Assembly: GCA_944325525.1 (NCBI GenBank) | Contig: CALVAK010000009.1 | Location: forward strand, 23,574 to 87,573 | Reading direction: 5' to 3' | Source: Candidatus Gastranaerophilales bacterium | Lineage (GTDB): Bacteria; Cyanobacteriota; Vampirovibrionia; Gastranaerophilales; Gastranaerophilaceae | DNA: 64,000 nucleotides | Notes under the pieces: generated by a model | The model's database searches: none | What the model was told of the DNA's origin: nothing | The model's input: only the letters and a program-made list of their open reading frames with translations | Translations under genes and position numbers: made by a program | Part shown: piece after piece, positions 17,401 to 25,741 of the stretch | How positions within the stretch are numbered: the first letter of the stretch is position 1 | How the letters are laid out: each line of letters begins with the position of its first letter

Positions 17401-19813
17401 TATTAACTGCATCGCCGGTTATTGTACCTGCAGTAATAACACCTGCCTGATTATCATTTTTGATAGTTACAGCTTTATCGGCAGAACCTATAACGAAATT
17501 ATCACCTTTAACAGTAATAGTTCCGCCATTTGTAAGGTCATCTTTTAATATAACACTATTATCTCCAACTGTCTCTACTGTCATTGTACCTTTAGTATAA
17601 AGGCTGTTTCCAGCTTCAAATACAGTATCAGAATTCTCAGCTTTAATATTTAATGTAGAAGTAGATGCAACTGCATGTCCTGTACCGTAATCAGGATCAG
17701 TAGTATTTGTACCGATAAACTGAGTATCAATGATATTTACAGTACCACTTGAATTATTTATGGGAGTACCTGCAAATGATTTATTATCTTCAAATATACT
17801 GTTTTTTATTGTCGTTGTACCGCCCTGGGTATTATTTATAACACCGGTATTTCCTGTATTGTTTCCGAAATAAGAATCGGTAATCTCAACTTCACCGCCG
17901 TAATTGTATATTACAGAGCCGCCAGAGAGAATATAATCATGTACGGTAGAGTTATTTACAAAGTTAGAATCATCTATTTTAAGTGTTCCTGAATTATAAA
18001 TAACACCTCCGGTATTCATAGCACCTTGTACATTATTGCTGAATGTAGATTCATTAATATTTGTTACACCAAAATTTGAAACTACAGTACCTGTATATTG
18101 CTCTGATGTAGTAAATCCGGTAAAGCCTGTATTTTCAATATTGTCATGACCATCCGAAGCAGCCTGACCTACGTTATTTATAGTTAGTACATTAGGCTTA
18201 CCATTATTATTTTCAACTCTTATACCATTACCGGTTCCGTCGCCTTTAATGTTATATCCGCCGGCATTTATTACAAGAGAAGCACCTTCTCCGCCCATAG
18301 TACCTATTGAGCCTGTAACTGCTTCGTCTTCAGCCATATTATATACTCTGGATGAATCAGTATTTGCAACAGCCTGTTTTAAATCATAAGTGCTATTATA
18401 TGTCAGATAACCATCTTGATTATTATAAGCTAATGTATAACTTATATTTGAAGGTTTTGTAATTGCAGCATTGTCATCAAGTTCAACAACTCCCATCAAA
18501 TTTGAATCTGCTACCTGTGTTTTTACAATTTTAGAATCAGCATCAGATAAAATATTAACTGCATTTATAATTACGTTATTACTGCCTTTTACTGAAGTTG
18601 CTGTCATCATATCTGAAGATGGAGTTCCTTGTAAAGCAGCGTCTATTGCAACATTCAAATCACTATTTGTCAGATCCAAATTACCAAGATTTGTTGTCTT
18701 GATAGTGCCATCTTGCAGACTTAAAGCACCGCCGTTAGCAATTAAAGTGGTATCAGGGGCAAGGCTGCCGCTTGTCTTAGCAACATTTACTCCCCAGACA
18801 TCTTCTTCATATTCATGTGTACCGAGTTTTAGAGTACCCGCATTTAAGTTTATATCTGCATTCTGTACATAATTATTAAATTCAACAGTACCTGTGCCAC
18901 CGTTTGCGTTAATATTAATTGTATTATTGCCTGAACCGCTGATACGGTCATTAAATACAATATTATGTTCTGAACTCTTTGCATCAAGGTTTACTATATT
19001 CTCATTATATAATGCATTTGAATTTCCATTGGCAGTGTTTCCAGTAAATACAACATCCTTATTTTCAGATACTATATTTACAGTACCATCTTGATTATAT
19101 ATAGCACCGCCTCTTGTACTGGCAGTATTTGCATAGAAGGAAGTATCTTTAATTGTTAGTGTTGGTTTTTCTCTATTAGAATAACCATTTCCGTTATAGA
19201 TAGCACCACCCATACCGGTACCATCTCCTGAACCTGCCTGATTGGATATAAATACAGAATTATTTATTGTAGCTGTACCTTCAAAGTTAGTTAATATACC
19301 GCCATAACCTTCTCCTGAGGTAGAATTTGCAGAAGTATTATTTGAAATTACAGAATTATTGATATTGAGAATGCTATTATTATATAATCCGCCAACATTA
19401 TCACCATTACTATTAGGACCAATTAATTTTCCGCTTACAACGTTAAAACCTGTAATACCGGAATTAAGAGCCGGATTATCTATATCACCGATGTTATTTA
19501 CATTTAATGTTACATAATCTTCAATTGAGATAATTGCATCTTGAGTACCTATAAAATTAAATTTTTGTCCGTCTAAAGTTGCAGTAAATCCTGACTGAAC
19601 AGGATAATAAAACCCATGAACCTTGTTCGTGGTGATATCACTAATATCCTGCGTAAATGTAAATGAATTATTAGCAGGTATACCACCTGTAATATCACTA
19701 AATGAATCAATATCCACCGCACTAACCGGCTGTACACTGATAAGCATTGACAACGCCACCGCAGCCAACAAATAATTCTTTTTTTCCATCTTTATGCCCT
19801 TCTTTTTCATCAT
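14441..19813 (-). CDS. polymorphic outer membrane protein (Pmp)-repeat autotransporter
   Basis: Signal peptide LLAAVALSMLISVQPVSA. Multiple GGAIYN / GGVIYN and FxxN motifs (FISNQA, FYANTA, FTGNTA, FVNNS, FGNNTG). The C-terminal ~280 aa is rich in alternating aromatic and Gly residues and ends with GLQAGFRW, typical of an autotransporter barrel. Confidence 0.8.
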   Translation of the reverse strand: MMKKKGIKMEKKNYLLAAVALSMLISVQPVSAVDIDSFSDITGGIPANNSFTFTQDISDITTNKVHGFYYPVQSGFTATLDGQKFNFIGTQDAIISIEDYVTLNVNNIGDIDNPALNSGITGFNVVSGKLIGPNSNGDNVGGLYNNSILNINNSVISNNTSANSTSGEGYGGILTNFEGTATINNSVFISNQAGSGDGTGMGGAIYNGNGYSNREKPTLTIKDTSFYANTASTRGGAIYNQDGTVNIVSENKDVVFTGNTANGNSNALYNENIVNLDAKSSEHNIVFNDRISGSGNNTININANGGTGTVEFNNYVQNADINLNAGTLKLGTHEYEEDVWGVNVAKTSGSLAPDTTLIANGGALSLQDGTIKTTNLGNLDLTNSDLNVAIDAALQGTPSSDMMTATSVKGSNNVIINAVNILSDADSKIVKTQVADSNLMGVVELDDNAAITKPSNISYTLAYNNQDGYLTYNSTYDLKQAVANTDSSRVYNMAEDEAVTGSIGTMGGEGASLVINAGGYNIKGDGTGNGIRVENNNGKPNVLTINNVGQAASDGHDNIENTGFTGFTTSEQYTGTVVSNFGVTNINESTFSNNVQGAMNTGGVIYNSGTLKIDDSNFVNNSTVHDYILSGGSVIYNYGGEVEITDSYFGNNTGNTGVINNTQGGTTTIKNSIFEDNKSFAGTPINNSSGTVNIIDTQFIGTNTTDPDYGTGHAVASTSTLNIKAENSDTVFEAGNSLYTKGTMTVETVGDNSVILKDDLTNGGTITVKGDNFVIGSADKAVTIKNDNQAGVITAGTITGDAVNIAGQVTNENVISAAINIQQGGNLISEAEKLTGTVTNLGNSALSGALDKEILGTGTTKIDGTLIFEDGAKVAGVLDLNSGVLDIQNNSGTDPHTITSHDVGHIVGDGTIKIDADMSNLSADKLNITDGTSNNANITIDKVNVTQEYSDANYQENLAVISGTTSGINYSVKDDSTVTLTSDNRYEFAAGTDGNLTVKIDKTTNSLSEYITGQKTANNYSLTKDENLFEGESIGTTSGTQTNLSVNMNGNNINNGLTDKKDGITVAAGDKLTVDGGSGSVNNFGTAFTNNGELNLKDINFSGNDVDVANSSTLNLSGTNKIAAGITGTDGTTNILDGETTFVNAVENKLNVESGAVINAFATDFKNTVNSDGTMNLSGGVIGNAVTGTGTTNISGYVENNAAVEQGKVVIASGAGLVTHADVVAVIDNAGTLSSSADNIKGTVNNTGDYNVLGGTVSQSVTGSGNLNIEESSVIDTSVTGNNIKLDAGILSLTQNADIANANSFVANGGTLSLQNGAIQNTNLGNLTLNQDLDLMLDGNFAQNQIDTITANSFNANGNSINIADILITEPTKATSFSISPIGSGMDEAVRTALAGAIQYTGGDITYSPIFKYSAAYDPMNGMFNFTRVGGGSGYSSYNPDVFAAPVAAQLGGYLVQLNSYDNAFRNMDMYMLMTKEQRQAMKLRNKYAAGDDSALVYDPTVSQYENRAGWFRPYATFESVPLKNGPDVSNVAYGTFIGTDSELYDLGHGWDGMLSVYAGYNGSHQAYDGVGIWQNGGTLGVVGMAYKDNFFTGLTANVGASVGDANTMFGTDDFTMLMSGIASKTGYNYELADGKFIIQPSMLMSYSFINTFDFTNSAGTRIDSDPLHAIHLEPGLKFIGNLQNGWQPYAGVSVVWNIMDRTQFKANDVSLPNLSVDPFVKYGVGLRKAWGERFTGFLQAFFTQGGRKGVGLQAGFRWVLGKNEEPKTQKAQAKFPQKEATKISLNNIK

Positions 19814-20098
19814 TTTATCTATAATGATGTATAAGCTAACCTCTACTTTAGAGAGTTAATATTAAACGGTATATTTTTTTATTCAAAAAAGAGGTTTCAA
19901 ATGTTGCAAAAAATTTAATAGTTGTGTTATTATTGACAGGTAAGTAGATATGCATCATTATAGATAAATCATTTATTAAGCATTGTTAAATTGTAAATAT
20001 AAAAAATTATAAAAAATATATACAAAAGTTATTGTTATACTATTACACAAGCATCGTAACAAAATTTGAAGAAATTATATACTAACTGACCAAAATTT

Positions 20099-20128
20099 TT
20101 GCTAGTTCAAAAGCCAACCTGCTATATA
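20099..20128 (+). promoter_or_regulatory. sigma70-like promoter for RNA copy B
   Basis: TTGCTA (20099-20104), an 18-nt spacer, TATATA (20123-20128). The conserved repeat starts 7 nt downstream. Confidence 0.5.
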
Positions 20129-20134
20129 TGATTT

Positions 20135-20304
20135 AAAGAAAGCAGTGGTGTAAGAGCAGCTATATATGGAGTTTCGTTATTTTGTTTATTGAAACATTGT
20201 CAAAGTTTTGTCTGTTTGAGGCGTTAGCCGGGCTGCAAAACTTCGGGTTGAAATTAACGAAATAGAAACGTAATATCCAGGCTGTGATTATATCACTGTT
20301 TCTT
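20135..20304 (+). ncRNA. structured RNA candidate, copy B
   Basis: Same as copy A. The closing stem AAGAAA(G)CAGTGGTGT / ATATCACTGTTTCTT (15 bp plus a bulge) is followed by AAATTTTTTCTT. Confidence 0.6.
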
Positions 20305-20320
20305 AAATTTTTTCTTATAA

Positions 20321-21160
20321 TTACATATCAAGAGCAATATCAAGAGTTTTCACTTTCGCTACAATCGCACTCGACGAAATTACATCAACACCTGTCTTTG
20401 CTATATCTGCGATTGTTTCAATAGTTACATTTCCGCTGGCTTCAATTAATGCTCTATTCTCTATTATTCTTACACTCTCTTTCATTTGCTCACAGGTCAT
20501 ATTATCAAGCATTATAATATCTGCACCAGCTTTTATTGCTTCATCTACCTGCTCTATCGTATCACATTCAACTTCAATTTTATGTGTATGAGAAAGGTTC
20601 TTTCTTATTATATTTACAGCATTTATTATTGAACCTGCATATTTAATATGATTATCTTTTATCATTACACAGTCAGACAAATTAAATCTATGAATCCTTG
20701 CACCGCCAACGAACACTGCATATTTTTCAAACATTCTGAATCCTGGAGTATTCTTTCTTGTATCGGTAATCCTTGCCTTATAACCGCATATAGCATCTTG
20801 ATATTTTCTTGTTTCTGTAGCTATAGCACTTAATCTCTGCATATAATTTAATGCTGTTCTTTCTCCAGTTAAAATTGCTCTGGCATTACCTTCAACTACA
20901 GCAAGCGTATCACCTTTTTTAATTCTGTCTCCATCATTAAACATTTTTTTAAACTTAATATCGCTGTTTAAAATTTTAAAGACAATTTCAGCAACGTCAA
21001 TCCCGCATAGAATTCCATCTTGCCTTGTATTTATTTTTGCAGTTATTTTATCTTTATCTGAAAAAAGAAAATCCGTTGTTATATCACCAAACCCAATATC
21101 TTCTTTCAGGGCATTTTTTACATGTTCTTCTACCATAAATTTTTGTAATAATAACGGCAT
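20321..21160 (-). CDS. nadC: nicotinate-nucleotide diphosphorylase (carboxylating)
   Basis: EDIGFGDITT N-terminus, LTGERTALNYMQRLSAIAT, and the TRKNTPGFR and MIKDNH motifs. Confidence 0.9.
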   Translation of the reverse strand: MPLLLQKFMVEEHVKNALKEDIGFGDITTDFLFSDKDKITAKINTRQDGILCGIDVAEIVFKILNSDIKFKKMFNDGDRIKKGDTLAVVEGNARAILTGERTALNYMQRLSAIATETRKYQDAICGYKARITDTRKNTPGFRMFEKYAVFVGGARIHRFNLSDCVMIKDNHIKYAGSIINAVNIIRKNLSHTHKIEVECDTIEQVDEAIKAGADIIMLDNMTCEQMKESVRIIENRALIEASGNVTIETIADIAKTGVDVISSSAIVAKVKTLDIALDM

Positions 21161-21162
21161 AT

Positions 21163-22773
21163 CTATCCTTTCATACCCGCAAAACGGGATAATTCTTGAG
21201 ATTTAGCTATTTTATCTCTTTGAGGAAAATCTTCTCTGTAGTGTGCACCTCTCGACTCTTTTCTGTTTATAGCAAACGAAGTGATAAGTTTTGCGATTGT
21301 CAACATATTTCTTATTTCATAATTACTTCTGTCAGGACATTTGTAATTATAACTAAACTCTTTTGATATATTTTCAAGCACTTCTTTTGCCTTGTTTAAC
21401 TTTTCTCCATTTCTTATAATTCCGGCATTTTCCCACATCAACAGCTTTATTTCTTTTATAATATTCTGAGCATCACTATTTGAGTCATTAAACAATTCAG
21501 CTTCGTATGTTTCTATTATCTTGGATATTTTATTATCCTGAACAAAATTATTTTCAAGATTTAACATCTTTAAATGATTAACAAGTTCAAAAGCAGTAAC
21601 AGCACACTCAAGAATAGAATTTGAAGCAAGCCTGTTAGCCCCGTGAAGTCCTGTACAAGCAGCTTCACCAATTGCATACAGCCCTTCAATTGATGTGGTT
21701 CCGTTTACTTTTGTTTTTATACCACCCATAAAGTAATGTGCGGATGGAGATACCGGAATATAATCTTTTGCAGGGTTAATATTATATTCTCTGCACGTTG
21801 CATAAATGGTAGGGAATCTTTTTTCAAATTTATTTTCCTCAATATGAGTAGCATCAAGATACACATTCTTTGTGCCTTTTTCCCTCATTTCATTATATAT
21901 TGCCCGTGTTACAATATCTCTGGGTGCAAGTTCAAGACGTTTATCATATTTTTCCATAAATGTAAAACCATCTTCATCAACAAGTTTTGCCCCCTCGCCT
22001 CGTACAGCCTCAGAAATAAGAAACATTGTTCCCTTCTCAGTCAGAGCAAATGCGGTTGGATGAAATTGAACAAACTCCATATCTTTTACTACAGCTCCGG
22101 CACGATATGCAAGTGCAATACCGTCACCTGTTGTTATATCAGGATTTGTTGTATACTTATACAACTGTCCTATTCCGCCTGTTGCAATTATTACTACAGG
22201 GGACTCTATTACTTCATATTCATTTTCACTGTAATTATATGCAATTACTCCTCTGTTTATATTTTTAGAGTCGGTAAGAAGCTCTACCGCCAGAGTCTGT
22301 TCATATACATCAATGTTTTTATCTGACATTAAATACTTTACAAGAGCATTCTCTATACAAAAACCAGTTGCATCTCCGCCGGCATGAAGAATCCTATTAA
22401 CACTGTGTGCCGCTTCTTTTGTAAACTTCAACCTGTTATTTTCATCTCTATCAAAATCAACACCTAAATTTTGCAGTTCTTTTACAACACGGGCACTGTT
22501 CTCTGAAATAAATTCCGCAACCTTTGCATCAGAAAGACCTGCACCGGCTTTTAATGTATCTTCTATATGAAGAGTACAAGAATCAAGCTTATTTTCAGGC
22601 ATAACACACACCATTCCGCCCTGTGCGTATTTAGAATTAGATTCTATTAACTGTGACTTTGTTATTATTAAAAGTCCGTCAGGAAGATTTGCTTCTTTTC
22701 TCAATTTTATTGCCGCATATAAACCTGCAATACCGCTTCCTATTATAACCGCCGAATATCTGGTATGTTTCAT
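21163..22773 (-). CDS. nadB: L-aspartate oxidase
   Basis: FAD-binding VIIGSGIAGLYAA, plus HAGGDATG, VQFHPTA, the LHGANRLASNS motif and RGAHYRED. Confidence 0.9.
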   Translation of the reverse strand: MKHTRYSAVIIGSGIAGLYAAIKLRKEANLPDGLLIITKSQLIESNSKYAQGGMVCVMPENKLDSCTLHIEDTLKAGAGLSDAKVAEFISENSARVVKELQNLGVDFDRDENNRLKFTKEAAHSVNRILHAGGDATGFCIENALVKYLMSDKNIDVYEQTLAVELLTDSKNINRGVIAYNYSENEYEVIESPVVIIATGGIGQLYKYTTNPDITTGDGIALAYRAGAVVKDMEFVQFHPTAFALTEKGTMFLISEAVRGEGAKLVDEDGFTFMEKYDKRLELAPRDIVTRAIYNEMREKGTKNVYLDATHIEENKFEKRFPTIYATCREYNINPAKDYIPVSPSAHYFMGGIKTKVNGTTSIEGLYAIGEAACTGLHGANRLASNSILECAVTAFELVNHLKMLNLENNFVQDNKISKIIETYEAELFNDSNSDAQNIIKEIKLLMWENAGIIRNGEKLNKAKEVLENISKEFSYNYKCPDRSNYEIRNMLTIAKLITSFAINRKESRGAHYREDFPQRDKIAKSQELSRFAGMKG

Positions 22774-22827
22774 TATAACCTTTTCCTTTGCTTTCTAATA
22801 TTGTAAAGCAAAAATAAAAAAACGTAT

Positions 22828-24357
22828 CTAACCTTTTAATCTTTTATTTTTATAACCGTAAAAAATGTATATTGCAAGCCCTATTGCTATCCATAAAAGA
22901 AAATATAGTGAAGAATCACCGCCGGATATCCCTTTATATATCATAAAACATCCGCACATTAATACACCGAGAATCGGAAACAATGGACAAAACGGTACTT
23001 TAAATGGCCTTGGCCTATCAGGTTCTGTTTTTCTTAATATTAATACTTCAATACATATAATTACAAATGATGCAAAAGTTCCGTAATTACAAAGCTCGGC
23101 CGAAATATTTAAATCCATAAACAAAGACCCCAGAATAACGAGTACACCTGAAATCCATGTAATAATATGAGGTGTTTTATACTTTTTATGAACTTTCATT
23201 ATATTCGACGGAAGAAAATTGTCTCTTGCTATTGCATAGAATATTCTCGTAGTCCCCAGTTGGTATACTAAAAGCACTGAAGTTAAAGCACATAATGCAC
23301 CAACTGAAATACAACCTGCATACCAGTTCTTACCAATAACTCTCATAGCATGTGCCAGAGGAGCCTGAGTATCTATACCGTTAACAGGTATTATTCCTGT
23401 TAAAACCAGGGCTACTGATATATATAAAATCGTACACAGAATTAATGTACCCAGTATAGCTGCAGGCAAATCCCTTTGAGGATTTTTAGTCTCTTCTGCC
23501 GCCGTCGATATTGCATCAAAACCTATATAGGCAAAAAATATTATAAATGTCCCCGCAAGAATACCCTCAAAGCCATTAGGAGCAAATGGAACCCAGTTCT
23601 CGGGAGCAACATATTTCGCACCCACAACCACAAACGATATAATTATTGATAAGTTTACAAAAACCATTATTCCTGCAACTCTTGTGGATTCTTTTACTCC
23701 TTTTATTAACAAAATTGTTAATATAAGAACTATCAATATAGCAGGAACATTTACCGCTACAGGTATTTCCAAACCAAACGGCAAATTAATAAACGGCATT
23801 TTATCATGAACATCCCATCCCCACTTATCACATATAGCATACATAGACCTAAAATCATTTCTCAGCCATAACGGGAAATTAACCACAAAATCAGGTAATA
23901 TATGTTTAAAACCCTTTAATAGTTGCCCGAGATATCCTGTCCACGCAGTAGCTACCGTTATATTACCTATTGCATATTCAAGCATAAGTATCCAGCCCAC
24001 CATCCATGCCATAAATTCACCCATTGTAGCATACGTAAATGTATATGCACTACCCGCAACCGGTATCATTGCCGCAATTTCAGAATATGCCAGTGCTGAA
24101 AACAAACTAGCAAGAGCAGCTATTAACATAGATATTATTACCGCCGTTCCGGCTCCTGCACCTCCGCTGCCGCCGACTATTGCACTGCCTATTATAGTAA
24201 AAATACCCGTACCAACTACCGCACTTATTCCTAATATTAATAAATCAAATATATTTAATGTCTTTTTTAATTCAGTAGACTTACTCTCGGCAATAAATGT
24301 ATCAGTAGACTTTTTGCCAAGCATATTCTTTATTACAGTTAATGTCTCTTGTTTCAT
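22828..24357 (-). CDS. APC superfamily amino acid permease
   Basis: About 12-13 TM segments. GTGIF near TM1 and FIIFFAYIGFDAISTAAEETKNPQRD are typical of amino acid/polyamine/organocation permeases. Confidence 0.8.
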   Translation of the reverse strand: MKQETLTVIKNMLGKKSTDTFIAESKSTELKKTLNIFDLLILGISAVVGTGIFTIIGSAIVGGSGGAGAGTAVIISMLIAALASLFSALAYSEIAAMIPVAGSAYTFTYATMGEFMAWMVGWILMLEYAIGNITVATAWTGYLGQLLKGFKHILPDFVVNFPLWLRNDFRSMYAICDKWGWDVHDKMPFINLPFGLEIPVAVNVPAILIVLILTILLIKGVKESTRVAGIMVFVNLSIIISFVVVGAKYVAPENWVPFAPNGFEGILAGTFIIFFAYIGFDAISTAAEETKNPQRDLPAAILGTLILCTILYISVALVLTGIIPVNGIDTQAPLAHAMRVIGKNWYAGCISVGALCALTSVLLVYQLGTTRIFYAIARDNFLPSNIMKVHKKYKTPHIITWISGVLVILGSLFMDLNISAELCNYGTFASFVIICIEVLILRKTEPDRPRPFKVPFCPLFPILGVLMCGCFMIYKGISGGDSSLYFLLWIAIGLAIYIFYGYKNKRLKG

Positions 24358-24456
24358 TTTCCGTTATTCTTCATTTTGTGGCTTTTTTCGTCAAATATAT
24401 ATTTAAAAAAATTAAGTATATTATAAAACAAACATTTTTATTTTGTTTAATGTTTA

Positions 24457-25590
24457 TCATCTCTCTATATTCGCCAGATAATTTGCCGCCGCAAAACTTA
24501 TTGTATACCTCTTTATAGTATTCTCCATATTTTTGTATATATTTTCCGTTTCTTCTTTTCCAATACTTATAATATTTTCAATACATTTTTCTAATTCAAC
24601 ACAATCAGGCGAAATTAGAAAAGCATTTTCTTTGTCTTTTAATATCCCGTCTATTCCATCATTTTTAGAAGCAATTATTAAATTTAATGCCGCCATTGCT
24701 TCAAGATAACTTAATCCGAATGTTTCGTTTTGGCTCAAAAGAATAAATACAGTTGATTTCTTTAAATAAGAGAAAACTTTATCTCTTTTTATTTCACCTA
24801 AAAATTTTATATTTTTCTCAAGTCCTAAATTTTTTGTTAACTTCTCAAGATTACTTCTTTCTTCACCATCTCCAATAATTCTGAGGAAAAAATTCCGACT
24901 TTTAAACTTCGAAAGTCCCTTTATTACAACATCAACATTTTTTCTCTTTATTAATGAAGCACATACAACAATACTAAGCTCTTTGTTATAAATAAAATCC
25001 AAAACTTTAGCATTATATCTCTCAATATCTTTTACAAGTTCATCATCCACACCTGAATATGCAACAAATGTTCTCCCTTTCACTTCTGGAATAATTTCTT
25101 CTATTCTCTTTTTTAAAATCGGACTCCTTGCAGCGATTTTATCCGACATTAAATAAGCACTAGTTAATCTCTTCTTGAAAAATAACGAATATATTTTCTT
25201 TGTCAATACCGCTATATCTGAACAATGAACCCCGCAAATATACTTAATTTTTTCTTTTTTTAAAAGTTTTTCCGCCATTAAAGCTCCACACGGCATGTGA
25301 GATATCATCACATCATAATTTTTAAGCGAAAAACCATCCGGCAGTTTATTATAAACATTAAATAAAAAAGGAGTAGCAAAATTAAGATTATATATCTTTA
25401 TTCCATTTTCATAATATATCTTTTCTTCTATTATCTTCCTTTTCCTAATTTTTGTGTTGATACAAAAATTTGGTCTTATAACTTCAACCTCATGACCTTG
25501 TCGTTTCCACTCTAAAACAAAGTAATATAATGCCTTTGCTATTTTTTCATTTCCTATCGGGTATAAATCTGTAACAAAAAGTATTTTCAT
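24457..25590 (-). CDS. glycosyltransferase family 4 (GT-B fold)
   Basis: MKILFVTDLYP N-terminus (ATG at 25590) and the C-terminal ETFGLSYLEAMA motif. The listed ORF extends a further 126 codons upstream, antisense to the neighbouring gene. Confidence 0.8.
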   Translation of the reverse strand: MKILFVTDLYPIGNEKIAKALYYFVLEWKRQGHEVEVIRPNFCINTKIRKRKIIEEKIYYENGIKIYNLNFATPFLFNVYNKLPDGFSLKNYDVMISHMPCGALMAEKLLKKEKIKYICGVHCSDIAVLTKKIYSLFFKKRLTSAYLMSDKIAARSPILKKRIEEIIPEVKGRTFVAYSGVDDELVKDIERYNAKVLDFIYNKELSIVVCASLIKRKNVDVVIKGLSKFKSRNFFLRIIGDGEERSNLEKLTKNLGLEKNIKFLGEIKRDKVFSYLKKSTVFILLSQNETFGLSYLEAMAALNLIIASKNDGIDGILKDKENAFLISPDCVELEKCIENIISIGKEETENIYKNMENTIKRYTISFAAANYLANIER

Positions 25591-25741
25591 TATCCTAATC
25601 ATATCAGATAAATTGAGGAATATAAATATTAATTTTAAAAGTCTTTTAATACAATTGTTACGAATATTAAATAATAAATCGTGAATTATTAAAGTCAAAG
25701 CTAAAATATTCCGAGAAAAAACATGAATAAGGTTGGAAAAA

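Noticed and set aside
15579-19094. Several + strand ORFs of 66-219 aa lie inside the autotransporter gene (for example 16098..16757 and 18471..18872).
   Set aside because: They are antisense to a long, well-supported CDS. They are Pro/Ser/Val-rich mirror translations of the Gly/Thr/Asn-rich repeats and have no RBS.
21736-22326. A 196-aa + strand ORF and other short ORFs lie within nadB.
   Set aside because: They are antisense to a strongly supported L-aspartate oxidase CDS and have a Cys/Ile/Phe-rich composition typical of a wrong-frame translation.
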